IMG/VR virus record: IMGVR_UViG_3300020442_000006
Location: 32,001-96,000 of that record
DNA: 64,000 nt
Source: a virus
Direction: 5' to 3' (one strand)
Under the pieces are notes generated by a model that was not told the origin of the DNA, did not search any database, and saw only the letters and a program-made list of their open reading frames with translations. Positions 19,739 to 28,149 of this stretch are shown piece by piece. The position numbers were made by a program, and so were the translations under genes. Positions within the stretch are counted from its first letter, which is position 1. Each line of letters opens with the position of its first letter.

Positions 19739-22700
19739 TAGTAGTCCGTTAGATCACATTCGTCGAAATAGGGGTTCCCAAAGTTATCTAGGGACCTATC
19801 CATAAGGATGGTTGCCCCTGTTAAGTAGTTTGTATAGTTCAATCTACCTCCAATCGGAGCAAGTTCGATGTTATTGTCAACATCTGAGATCGCACCTGGG
19901 TCAAAAGCGATGGTTGCATAGATCACATTCCTCAATGCTGCACAGTTAGAGAAGTAATTACTGAATGGAGCATTGGTACAAAGACTACTTGCCCAGGTAT
20001 CACTCGGATTTCCACTGTTATTCCAAGAGTTATAAGCATCCAACACACCATCTACCACAAAATTATGCCAACACGGGTTAGGAAACTTGCCTCCAGAGCA
20101 GGATGAGAGTTGAATTGTGTTGTATGTAAGGGTATAGGTCTGTGTTACACCTGTTTCTGAGTTAGTAACAGTGTGTGTAGAGGTGCCTGTACCATAAGAA
20201 CTGAAGTTTCCATCACCTAACCACGTCTCCAACTGCTCTAATTCTGTACCATAGAAGTCAAAAGTGTTCTCATCACCTGAATCTGGGACGAATGTGTACT
20301 GACCTTTACCAGTTTCATAGCATTTACCCTCTACATTTGACCCTCTCTTACAAGAATGCGACTTATCCTTACCTGCAATACCCACAATACGCGGTGCAGT
20401 GAGGGTTGGTTTGGGCAATTCCTTCAAAAAGTCAATAAAATCAGTGTTTATTGCCTCTCCTTTCTTAATTACATTACCTTCAACCTCCATTGTTACCTTA
20501 ACTTGTGCGTGTTCTCTGCTAGATCCGCAATATTTGTACGGTAAAAATCCAAAAGTACGCGAAACTCCGTCTTTTCCGACCTTAACTTCGGGACAAGGTA
20601 TGTCAAAGAAGCGTCTGACACCGTATAAAACGCTTTGTGACACCTCAAGACACTCTCCACCGAGGATTCCGTTCATTCCATTGTTCAATCTACGGTTAAT
20701 TGTGCTAGAACTGTCCTCACTATCAGTAACAAGACGAGTAATTGCTTCTTCTTCCTTCTCTAGATTGGGATTATACTGCTTTGCCTGTGCATATAACTTT
20801 GAAGGATCGATGTAAGTTGACAGTTTATGCCAGTCTGCACCGATTCCTGGGTCTAAACACTCAACAGGAATCACATCTTTACAGAACTTCATCTTCTCAG
20901 TATCACTTTTTTCGTGTGCTTTGAGGTAAGATGTCGTATATGTGGTTGTAATAGGTTCGTCAAACTCCTTAACAGCGTCTGAATAGGCAGATTGTGCGTC
21001 ATCAAACAAAGTATTGGTCGAAACGGTCACAATATTGCCATTTTCATCCCGAACTTGAGCAGGAGTGTCTACCATCGGCATATCTGGGTCATTAAATGAC
21101 TTATTGAAGCGTGCAGAGGTCTCTTTCATCCCACCACCGATGAAATCGTCTTGTCTGGACTCAGTTTCCCTCTCTACAACGTAAACAGCAACCTTATCTC
21201 CAGGTGTATAACCTTTTCCCTTCTCAGTAATGGTTACAGACTTAACAGCACCCTCTTCATTCAGTGTAATACGTGCTTTTGCCTGTTTAACTTCCTTTTG
21301 GAATCCTGCATCAGTCAGAAACTTCTCTTTTCTGATTTTACGCACTAATTTACGAGGTGCCTTGTCTGCATTCTCGAATTCATCGCTAGTTTCAAGATTA
21401 ATGTTGTAATTATTGAGTTTACTGTCTGCAAATGCCTCAACTTGGTTCTCTGCGGTATCTGTGAACCCTTCTTCCTTCAATTCGTCGGGAATAGACACCA
21501 CAACATCGGGATTGATGTAACCAAGACCCGCATTGATGATCTCAATCGACCCAACACGCCCTTTTTTGTCAATAGTTGCCTCTAGAATCGCTTCATCGAG
21601 TGTTCTTCTTGGAATTAACGCTCTATTATCAATTTCTACCTTAAAATAACTGATTTTTTTCGGAAATTCGTACACTCCGAAGAAAGCAGCGCGATCTTTG
21701 ATGCCATAACCCGCTAAAGCGAGTCCAGTTGCACCATCAGGAGCGGTAATTGTCTCATTATAACTAAAAGTCTGTCCTAAACGGTTCTTTTTCTGCCTTA
21801 AACGCATATAACCGCATCTAAGTTCGTCTCCAAAGTACCTAACTTGACTAATACGCCATCCTTTGAGGGTATCACCGATCAAAAACGCACCAGTTGACGA
21901 TGTATAACGGAAAAACAGCATCTGATCGTCTGTTCCACACCCCCAGAATGAATCAGCGATGCCATCTCCGTTAGGTGCAGCAACTTTTATGTGTGTTTTC
22001 TGCGTTTGCCACGCATCTTCTCTAATCTTATAGTAGATACTCCTATATGTGACGGTAGGTTCTTCCTCATCATCATAAGAACCACTAATACAGGGAGCAT
22101 CAGTAGTAGTGAAGTTGATACCAAAGACAGGTCCCGCAAATGGATACTCTGTATTATACAGATAGTACACAAACTGCCCTTCAAAGGCATCGTGGAATCC
22201 TAAGAACCTAGGCAGTGCACATTTGACTGCTCCGTTCTTACCAAAGTACCATTCGAAGTTTGCCTGAGTAGATGCAATGTCTGCTGCATTAGGATCACCC
22301 CACCCCTGCTGTGCAGGAGTCAGTGTTTCGTCTTCATATCTCCTTTGAGAGTAAGTTTCATCGTATTGATACCAAGAACTACGGTCTACTTCACCAGTAT
22401 TCTGTGGACCACCAGTGTCTATGACAGTTCCTCTCCTTCTAGGAGCGAATGCATTCATCACATACCCATAGATACCCTGATATTGGTATTCTTGCCCTCT
22501 GGGTTTAGGTGAGTCAGGTACTCCTGGGATACCAATCTGTAGATTGACCTCTCCTGCAGGGTTTACGGTGTAGAAATCATCTACATCACCGTTTGAGTTC
22601 TTTCTATAATGATATAGAGGTTGCAGTGTCTCACCTGGGTTCAGTACATCACTAGGTGCACTATTACTAGTGAAGATATGCCCAAGCAGTTCTACAGCAC

Positions 22701-23169
22701 CACTAGAAGAACTAGAAAAATAAGAATTAAAGTTTGAAGAATCATAATGTAAGTATAACGGACTTGTCCCAGTTTGGGAAGATGCCATCAAGTAAAATGA
22801 CCAGATACCATTCCTAGGTTCTCTGTTATATCTCTTTGGGTTCTGTGGAGACTTATCAGGCATCTCCGTGTCATACCAATAAGTATGATCCTCTCTTCGT
22901 GCACTATAAAAACGATATACTTCTCTTCTCTCTACTTCACAGTGTGCAATACAAGTCTCATTCTGTACACCGATATAATATACCTCATCACGACCAAAGG
23001 CATAGGAACCAGGTCCCATACCTTCAATCTGTATCTGCCCAAGCGGTCTCCCATCCTCATCATTGCCTGAGAAGGACGGGTGATCATCAGTTGTGTATTG
23101 ACGTTGGTAGTCATAAGAATCAATAGGATTCTCATAACTTCTCCCCGTTTCAATTATGAATATGCTCAC
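19738..23169 (-). CDS. Large virion/baseplate-associated protein (1143 aa)
   Basis: Long ORF in a structural cluster; short repeats of the VYRFY..HxY / LYHY..DxFYT type; IINAGLGY and ITEKGKGY motifs like those in the giant ORF. Confidence 0.65.
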   Translation of the reverse strand: MSIFIIETGRSYENPIDSYDYQRQYTTDDHPSFSGNDEDGRPLGQIQIEGMGPGSYAFGRDEVYYIGVQNETCIAHCEVERREVYRFYSARREDHTYWYDTEMPDKSPQNPKRYNREPRNGIWSFYLMASSQTGTSPLYLHYDSSNFNSYFSSSSSGAVELLGHIFTSNSAPSDVLNPGETLQPLYHYRKNSNGDVDDFYTVNPAGEVNLQIGIPGVPDSPKPRGQEYQYQGIYGYVMNAFAPRRRGTVIDTGGPQNTGEVDRSSWYQYDETYSQRRYEDETLTPAQQGWGDPNAADIASTQANFEWYFGKNGAVKCALPRFLGFHDAFEGQFVYYLYNTEYPFAGPVFGINFTTTDAPCISGSYDDEEEPTVTYRSIYYKIREDAWQTQKTHIKVAAPNGDGIADSFWGCGTDDQMLFFRYTSSTGAFLIGDTLKGWRISQVRYFGDELRCGYMRLRQKKNRLGQTFSYNETITAPDGATGLALAGYGIKDRAAFFGVYEFPKKISYFKVEIDNRALIPRRTLDEAILEATIDKKGRVGSIEIINAGLGYINPDVVVSIPDELKEEGFTDTAENQVEAFADSKLNNYNINLETSDEFENADKAPRKLVRKIRKEKFLTDAGFQKEVKQAKARITLNEEGAVKSVTITEKGKGYTPGDKVAVYVVERETESRQDDFIGGGMKETSARFNKSFNDPDMPMVDTPAQVRDENGNIVTVSTNTLFDDAQSAYSDAVKEFDEPITTTYTTSYLKAHEKSDTEKMKFCKDVIPVECLDPGIGADWHKLSTYIDPSKLYAQAKQYNPNLEKEEEAITRLVTDSEDSSSTINRRLNNGMNGILGGECLEVSQSVLYGVRRFFDIPCPEVKVGKDGVSRTFGFLPYKYCGSSREHAQVKVTMEVEGNVIKKGEAINTDFIDFLKELPKPTLTAPRIVGIAGKDKSHSCKRGSNVEGKCYETGKGQYTFVPDSGDENTFDFYGTELEQLETWLGDGNFSSYGTGTSTHTVTNSETGVTQTYTLTYNTIQLSSCSGGKFPNPCWHNFVVDGVLDAYNSWNNSGNPSDTWASSLCTNAPFSNYFSNCAALRNVIYATIAFDPGAISDVDNNIELAPIGGRLNYTNYLTGATILMDRSLDNFGNPYFDECDLTDY

Positions 23170-23446
23170 TCTTTAACTGGGCAATATCTTCTTCAATTTT
23201 ATTTAGTCGCTCAAACAGATTATCAAACAGTGCAGTCAGGTTCAAGTGCTTATCCTCACCCTCAGGTTTGTACTGAATCATATCAGCGCCCCTCTGGAGG
23301 AAAGACTCTACAGTTGCCTGACGGTGTGCAAGGTTCTTAATAGAAGAAGCAACCTTCTCAAATCTCCATTCCAGTTCTGCCTCATAAGAGTCAAACTGTG
23401 GTACACCTGGGGTAGGTTGCTGCTCAGCAGGAAAGTCAATGCTCAT
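23150..23446 (-). CDS. Hypothetical protein (98 aa) with coiled-coil C-terminus
   Basis: ORF track; ATGA overlap with the upstream HNH gene; LFDNLFERLNKIEEDIAQL heptads. Confidence 0.75.
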   Translation of the reverse strand: MSIDFPAEQQPTPGVPQFDSYEAELEWRFEKVASSIKNLAHRQATVESFLQRGADMIQYKPEGEDKHLNLTALFDNLFERLNKIEEDIAQLKSEHIHN

Positions 23447-24327
23447 ACGAAAAATTGATCAAGTACAGATTCTTTAGAAGAGACGAATGCTTCTTCGTGA
23501 CTATTACTATGGTTTCCACCACGAGCAATCAATGCCTCGAAGTTGTTATCAACGCCCCTCTTGCGTTCTAGGTTTGTCCACCTACTATCATAACACCTTT
23601 GGTTCATATGATCAATCTCAAATAGAGATGCCATCTTACGTTTGCCCTTCTTGGACATACGATCCCAACCAATGTCCCTCAAGAACTCAGTGTCCCTGCA
23701 GGTAGGAGGAACTTCACATATATCAATGAAGGTGGCAGCGATGATCTGATGTGATCCAATGTCCTTTGTACCGTGCTCTGCAGCAGCACTTACAAATGGA
23801 GCATTCTTACCATTCACCCCCTCTGGGAGAAGCAATGGAGCGAAGTACCACTTATCACCATCACGATACTTAATTTTATAATGAATACGATCTCTCCACT
23901 TACCGTCCAGACCTTTCGTACTCTTCATCTTACCGAACGCTAGACAGTTATACTCTCGGGACCACGTTTCATTACACTTATACTTCTTATTATGACTGGG
24001 ATGATGCACGTGACTCACAAGTCGCCCCAGATTGCTCACGTGGTAGTACGGTATGATAACTTCCCTACCAGATTCATAATGACGCAAGCATCTCCAGATC
24101 TCTCCAGGCAGACACGTTACTACAGTCCCTTTCGGACATCCCCTCAAACCCAATACCTCTATTAGTTCATTATCTCCCTTAACTTCCAGTTCTTCTAACA
24201 ATTCCTTTCGACGCGGCGCTTGCACGTCATTTCCAGAGTTCTTCGTATTCAGAGGTTGCGTAAAGTTAGGTACCCAGTTCTGGTCCCAGTTCCTATCGTA
24301 GGTCCACGTATAGAGTTCGTATTTCAT
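23443..24327 (-). CDS. Free-standing NUMOD4/HNH homing endonuclease-like protein
   Basis: YHVSNLGRLVS (NUMOD4-like) and FEIDHMNQRCYDSRWTNLERKRGVDNN (HNH-like). Confidence 0.65.
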   Translation of the reverse strand: MKYELYTWTYDRNWDQNWVPNFTQPLNTKNSGNDVQAPRRKELLEELEVKGDNELIEVLGLRGCPKGTVVTCLPGEIWRCLRHYESGREVIIPYYHVSNLGRLVSHVHHPSHNKKYKCNETWSREYNCLAFGKMKSTKGLDGKWRDRIHYKIKYRDGDKWYFAPLLLPEGVNGKNAPFVSAAAEHGTKDIGSHQIIAATFIDICEVPPTCRDTEFLRDIGWDRMSKKGKRKMASLFEIDHMNQRCYDSRWTNLERKRGVDNNFEALIARGGNHSNSHEEAFVSSKESVLDQFFV

Positions 24328-24384
24328 AGTAGTTTTAGAATAGTTACGACGCTCGCGGGGTAACGTCTTAGTATGTTTAATACC

Positions 24385-24954
24385 TTAGAAGTAATTTAAG
24401 TTTAGCACAAATCGAAATTTAGTGTCTGTAGTTGATGTACCTGCGTGTGGTATGTTTACTGGAAAGAAGACAATCCTGTTCGCCTTAGATTGAACTCTGG
24501 TCCCGTCCTTGAAGAACGTATAACCATCGTTATCATTCAGATAGAACACAGCGGTTGTAGCGCCCTTAAAGACGTTCTCACCACCGTCAGGATGATACTC
24601 CCCACAGTCTGTGTGATAATCGTATTCTATTAATTCGTCTGTGTGATGGTTTAGATTCGCCTTGACACGTATTAACGCTCTCGGTTGTATCCGATTGATC
24701 AAAGGTAAGATCAAATCCCACTGTGGACTCTGAGGTCTCCCGCCCTCATAGAACTTGTGTACCATCTGCCAATTATATATCTCTTTCTTCTGTAATTCTG
24801 GGTCAATCATCCTTGCCACGTGCATTACCTTTGCGTGGTTCAAATACCAAGGAAAGCATTGGTCACCACATATCGCCTCTCTCATCTCAGAGAACTCTTC
24901 CTCTGGTAGGAAATTATCAACGATACGTTGATGCTGCATCTTGTGCATTGTCAT
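24385..24954 (-). CDS. 2OG-Fe(II) oxygenase
   Basis: YHTD (HxD), TTAVFYLNDNDGYT, HAGTSTTDTKFRFVLNLNY (distal His and Arg). Confidence 0.9.
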   Translation of the reverse strand: MTMHKMQHQRIVDNFLPEEEFSEMREAICGDQCFPWYLNHAKVMHVARMIDPELQKKEIYNWQMVHKFYEGGRPQSPQWDLILPLINRIQPRALIRVKANLNHHTDELIEYDYHTDCGEYHPDGGENVFKGATTAVFYLNDNDGYTFFKDGTRVQSKANRIVFFPVNIPHAGTSTTDTKFRFVLNLNYF

Positions 24955-25154
24955 ACAAATCCCTCAGTACAATCTAACTTCTCTCTCAGGGACTTGTGTA
25001 ACGCTTGTACCTTTGCTAACTCCTTGCCACCACATACTTCTGGTTTATACATCAGTGCCCAAGCACCACTATTACAAATCAGTTGACGTTCTTCTTTCGT
25101 CACAGTGATGGTCCAAGTTTCAGATGTCACAGTCTGTGTCTGACGCAATTTCAT
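24951..25154 (-). CDS. Hypothetical protein (67 aa)
   Basis: ORF track; ATGA-coupled to the downstream oxygenase. Confidence 0.55.
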   Translation of the reverse strand: MKLRQTQTVTSETWTITVTKEERQLICNSGAWALMYKPEVCGGKELAKVQALHKSLREKLDCTEGFV

Positions 25155-25305
25155 ACCGTTTCAAAGTACCATAAAGAGATGATAAGATCTCATCACACTT
25201 ATTATAGCGTTCACCCGAAGGTGTTGCGATCTTATTTAACTGATAGTAACGTACAGCATCATAAATGACCTGTTTGTGTTCGATTGATAACTTTTTCCAA
25301 TTCAT
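25120..25305 (-). CDS. Hypothetical protein (61 aa)
   Basis: ORF track; fits tightly between neighbours. Confidence 0.6.
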   Translation of the reverse strand: MNWKKLSIEHKQVIYDAVRYYQLNKIATPSGERYNKCDEILSSLYGTLKRYEIASDTDCDI

Positions 25306-25306
25306 A

Positions 25307-25474
25307 CTAAGGTTCTTTGAATTTTTTCAAAGTGAGTTGGTCATCTTCGATGGAATATTCTAGTTCATCACCATAATACCATCCCATCTCATCCAAGAGA
25401 TCATCGGGGAGATTGAGTAGCAATTCTCCAGTATCGTCATCCTCATCTATTGTAAGGATATATCTATGAGACAT
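25307..25474 (-). CDS. AbrB/MazE-like small protein (55 aa)
   Basis: Hand translation MSHRYILTIDEDDDTGELLLNLPDDLLDEMGWYYGDELEYSIEDDQLTLKKFKEP; LxLPxxLLxxMGWxxGDxL is the swapped-hairpin signature. Confidence 0.7.
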   Translation of the reverse strand: MSHRYILTIDEDDDTGELLLNLPDDLLDEMGWYYGDELEYSIEDDQLTLKKFKEP

Positions 25475-25883
25475 TCTTTCGTATCACATATAGTGTCTGT
25501 GGTATATAGGGTTTTACTTTCTCTATCCTCGACACGTCAAATGCTTTGTGATGTAATACGAATCCATCTCCAAGATACAATGCTCCGTGATTCAAGCGAT
25601 TGCTATCCAAGTTCATCAGAAGAATGTCATACTTCTCCAGATCCTCGATTGTGAACTCCTCGCCCATCTCGGAAGTCTTGATGGCGGACCATCCCTCGTC
25701 ATTCCATATAGACTTAAGGAAAGCACGCTGATTCAGACTATAGTCTTCCTTACAGACGTGATAACCAGTATTCACTCCATAGTCGTAGAGTAACTTGAAG
25801 CATCCCCCTCCTTTCTGACCTCCCCACTCTCTGCCGAGGTACTCAGCATACTCTTCACGGTACTGATCGATCTTTTTGGTCAT
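25464..25883 (-). CDS. NlpC/P60-family (papain-like) protein
   Basis: GGCFKLLYDY (catalytic Cys) and NHGALYLGDGFVLHH (His...His). Confidence 0.8.
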   Translation of the reverse strand: MTKKIDQYREEYAEYLGREWGGQKGGGCFKLLYDYGVNTGYHVCKEDYSLNQRAFLKSIWNDEGWSAIKTSEMGEEFTIEDLEKYDILLMNLDSNRLNHGALYLGDGFVLHHKAFDVSRIEKVKPYIPQTLYVIRKNVS

Positions 25884-26004
25884 TTTTTACCTGGAAAAAT
25901 TTTTGATATATGGGGGGACCCAAAATGGGATTTCGATAATATATGCGTCCCTATACTGTTGTAGGTTAACACTAGGTTCCCTTTTTAATATGTCGCAACA
26001 CTAC

Positions 26005-26033
26005 TTGACAACTAACTCGGGACGTGGTAGCAT
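26005..26033 (+). promoter_or_regulatory. Antisense sigma70-type promoter A
   Basis: TTGACA (26005-26010), 17-bp spacer ending TGG, TAGCAT (26028-26033). Confidence 0.55.
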
Positions 26034-26188
26034 AACCCCTCACTCACTAAGTAAGTAAGCAATTTATTATACTTAGTGAAGTGCGGTTGTAGTTCAGTAT
26101 CTAGCAAGAACTGACCCCACTCCACTAACTCCGAGGGTGGGCAAGAATTGGACTCGACTAACTCATTGAGAAATTCAAATCTTTTCAT
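26012..26188 (-). CDS. Hypothetical protein (58 aa)
   Basis: Hand translation MKRFEFLNELVESNSCPPSELVEWGQFLLDTELQPHFTKYNKLLTYLVSEGLCYHVPS; ATGA overlap with the upstream ORF. Confidence 0.6.
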   Translation of the reverse strand: MKRFEFLNELVESNSCPPSELVEWGQFLLDTELQPHFTKYNKLLTYLVSEGLCYHVPS

Positions 26189-26319
26189 TGCTGTGTAGTA
26201 TAGTCAAGATCTAGATCATTAGATTCATCATCGTAAAATTCATAATCTAATTCTACCATATCATCATCGGGTTCGTCAAGTAGTAGATCAATCCAGTCTT
26301 TTGTCCTTGGGTCATTCAT
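26185..26319 (-). CDS. Small acidic protein (44 aa)
   Basis: MNDPRTKDWIDLLLDEPDDDMVELDYEFYDDESNDLDLDYTTQQ; overlaps both neighbours. Confidence 0.55.
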   Translation of the reverse strand: MNDPRTKDWIDLLLDEPDDDMVELDYEFYDDESNDLDLDYTTQQ

Positions 26320-26476
26320 TGATAAAATCCTCGGGTGATTCGTAGCGATCTTGTTTCTTGTTTCGTCTCTGGTAATTCTTGTTAGTTAGGGGTTCGTTCA
26401 GTTTGTTCCTTTTTTCCCGTAGTGATTTCGCTCTGTTACTCTGGTAAGTGTCGTTACGTTTGTATGTGCGTCCCAT
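26312..26476 (-). CDS. Small basic protein (54 aa)
   Basis: MGRTYKRNDTYQSNRAKSLREKRNK...; sits just downstream of a consensus promoter. Confidence 0.65.
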   Translation of the reverse strand: MGRTYKRNDTYQSNRAKSLREKRNKLNEPLTNKNYQRRNKKQDRYESPEDFINE

Positions 26477-26502
26477 TGTTAGGGGTGATTGTGAACTGCT
26501 GA

Positions 26503-26531
26503 ATTATATACCATTTTCGACTACTTGGCAA
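26503..26531 (-). promoter_or_regulatory. Canonical sigma70-type promoter
   Basis: Minus strand TTGCCA-17 bp-TATAAT, upstream of the ORF starting at 26476. Confidence 0.75.
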
Positions 26532-26554
26532 ATGTTACAATTTCGCTGTAATGC

Positions 26555-26583
26555 TTGACAACTTTCGATCGATATGTTAGGGT
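26555..26583 (+). promoter_or_regulatory. Antisense sigma70-type promoter B, divergent from the 26503-26531 promoter
   Basis: TTGACA (26555-26560), 17-bp spacer ending TGT, TAGGGT (26578-26583). Confidence 0.45.
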
Positions 26584-26649
26584 CTAAGGTTGCAATTCTT
26601 CCGTGTATTCTGAGTTAAATAAAATACTTACATATATTTATTTGTACAT

Positions 26650-26994
26650 TTATGAAATCGGTTGTTTATCTAGTCTAAGGTTAGAGACGTGATCATTTAA
26701 TTTGTTTCCGTCTATGTGTAACACATTGGTAACACTTGAGTGTGCCGATATAAATGCCAACGCGGTAAGTTTAGCAACTCGCCTTACTACGGTCTTACCA
26801 TTTTGCCTGAGAGTAACACGCCGATAACCATTTTCGTTTAAGTGGATTTTCAATTTTTTCCACTTTCCCCACTTAGTAGAGTAAATCATCCCGAGGTTAG
26901 AAACATAATAATCTTCGTAATTGGGGATAGGTTTGTATAATGTTCCCTCTGTGTCCTGATAGGTATTATCATCAATTTTTTTGAATGGGTTCAT
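26650..26994 (-). CDS. NUMOD4-HNH endonuclease-like protein, C-terminally short
   Basis: KPIPNYEDYYVSNLGMIYS (NUMOD4), GYRRVTL, HIDGNKLNDHVSNL (HNH), then stop a few residues later. Confidence 0.8.
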   Translation of the reverse strand: MNPFKKIDDNTYQDTEGTLYKPIPNYEDYYVSNLGMIYSTKWGKWKKLKIHLNENGYRRVTLRQNGKTVVRRVAKLTALAFISAHSSVTNVLHIDGNKLNDHVSNLRLDKQPIS

Positions 26995-27002
26995 AATTTT
27001 CC

Positions 27003-27032
27003 AATAAAAAAAGGACTGTGTGAGAGTCCTTT
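27003..27032 (-). terminator. Rho-independent terminator closing the early-gene array
   Basis: Minus strand stem AAAGGACT / AGTCCTTT with 7-nt loop, continuing into a T-run. Confidence 0.85.
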
Positions 27033-27051
27033 ATATTATAAGCGATTTGTG

Positions 27052-27387
27052 TTAGACTGTCAACTCAATACCGCTGTAGAAATCAACTTTCTGAGATGGG
27101 TTGAAATTCTTACCGATAAACCACTCCCATTGCTTTTGAAATACAAATGTGCCATAAGCGAATTCATCAAGTAATGCATTCAAACGTGACTTAGTTGTAT
27201 TAGACTGCCAACCGCCATCGAATAATTGAAGTTTCCTTTCTGCGTGGAAATATGTAGCAATGTGATTACCGTGTAGGTAAACAGTAGACTCAAGACCATT
27301 ATCAGAAGTGAAAACTGTTGTATTAGCGTTTGCCCAGTTTGACTGAGTTCTGATTGCTTTGTTCATTTGAGTTTCGATTTTTCTCAT
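27052..27387 (-). CDS. Early hypothetical protein (111 aa)
   Basis: MRKIETQMNKAI...VYLHGNHIA...DGGWQSNTTKSRLNALL; GGAG RBS; promoter cassette upstream. Confidence 0.85.
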   Translation of the reverse strand: MRKIETQMNKAIRTQSNWANANTTVFTSDNGLESTVYLHGNHIATYFHAERKLQLFDGGWQSNTTKSRLNALLDEFAYGTFVFQKQWEWFIGKNFNPSQKVDFYSGIELTV

Positions 27388-27418
27388 TTGGATTGTCTCC
27401 TGTGTTGCTTATACTAAT

Positions 27419-27476
27419 ATTATAAAGGATAGAGCGGCGATTGCTCGGGTGTGTGTGCCACTTTGTGTACTGGCAC
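27419..27476 (-). promoter_or_regulatory. Early promoter cassette 1 (palindrome plus -10)
   Basis: GTGCCA-N10-TGGCAC at 27455-27476; TATAAT at 27419-27424, 30 bp away. Confidence 0.85.
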
Positions 27477-27477
27477 A

Positions 27478-27744
27478 TTAGAACACACTATAGACGGTTT
27501 TTAGTGTACTGTCTTCCACGTATGCACGACCGTAGTCTGTTGCCCATTCTATGCAACTTTTTTTAGCATTTTCGAAATCGTCAGTATAATGCTCGTGAAT
27601 GCCTAGGGGATGATTAGGAACTACAATAGCATATTTGAAAATGTTCCTTGGGTGGTTTTTTTCTCTTTTGTAGTTTTTTCGCTGTGCTGCTTTTAACTCT
27701 TCTAAGGTTTGCTCTAGGTAGAGGATTTGAGATTTGTATGACAT
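27478..27744 (-). CDS. Early hypothetical protein (88 aa)
   Basis: ORF track; fits between cassettes. Confidence 0.7.
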   Translation of the reverse strand: MSYKSQILYLEQTLEELKAAQRKNYKREKNHPRNIFKYAIVVPNHPLGIHEHYTDDFENAKKSCIEWATDYGRAYVEDSTLKTVYSVF

Positions 27745-27746
27745 AA

Positions 27747-27911
27747 TTATTTGATGTAAGTTTGGTTAGCGTTAACAATGGCATCTACCAAATTATCATA
27801 GGTTTGCATATCAAAATTTGGGTTGCTATCCTTGGGTTCTGCATTAACCACTATGTTGTATAACATCAAATACTGTGCTTGAGTGAAATCGCAGTTGAGT
27901 CCTTTTTTCAT
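27747..27911 (-). CDS. Early hypothetical protein (54 aa)
   Basis: Hand translation MKKGLNCDFTQAQYLMLYNIVVNAEPKDSNPNFDMQTYDNLVDAIVNANQTYIK; AGGA RBS after the -10. Confidence 0.65.
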   Translation of the reverse strand: MKKGLNCDFTQAQYLMLYNIVVNAEPKDSNPNFDMQTYDNLVDAIVNANQTYIK

Positions 27912-27934
27912 AAATTTCCTTTGTTGTTATATTC

Positions 27935-27992
27935 ATTATAGGGGAACATAGTGGGGAATAGTGTTATTATGTGCCACTTTCTAAACTGTCAT
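27935..27992 (-). promoter_or_regulatory. Early promoter cassette 2
   Basis: GTGCCA-N10-TGTCAT at 27971-27992; TATAAT at 27935-27940 (30 bp). Confidence 0.8.
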
Positions 27993-28149
27993 ACACTCGG
28001 ATGCTTAACTCTGCATCTTGTGTTAATGTAATGCCTTCCGCGTCAAGTGCTTCCCAAATAAGGTTAGCAAGTTTAGAATGTTTGTCCTCTGGTATTACTT
28101 CCCATAGGTTAATATAACCATCAAGTTCTATAAGTTGTTTGTAATTCAT
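27967..28149 (-). CDS. Early hypothetical protein (60 aa)
   Basis: ORF track; its last codons are encoded by the palindrome of cassette 2. Confidence 0.65.
   Translation of the reverse strand: MNYKQLIELDGYINLWEVIPEDKHSKLANLIWEALDAEGITLTQDAELSIRVYDSLESGT

Noticed and set aside
24328-24384. GTTAC...GTAAC hairpin upstream of the 294-aa HNH gene as a translational repressor
   Set aside because: The stem is short, does not cover the start codon, and no SD is sequestered.
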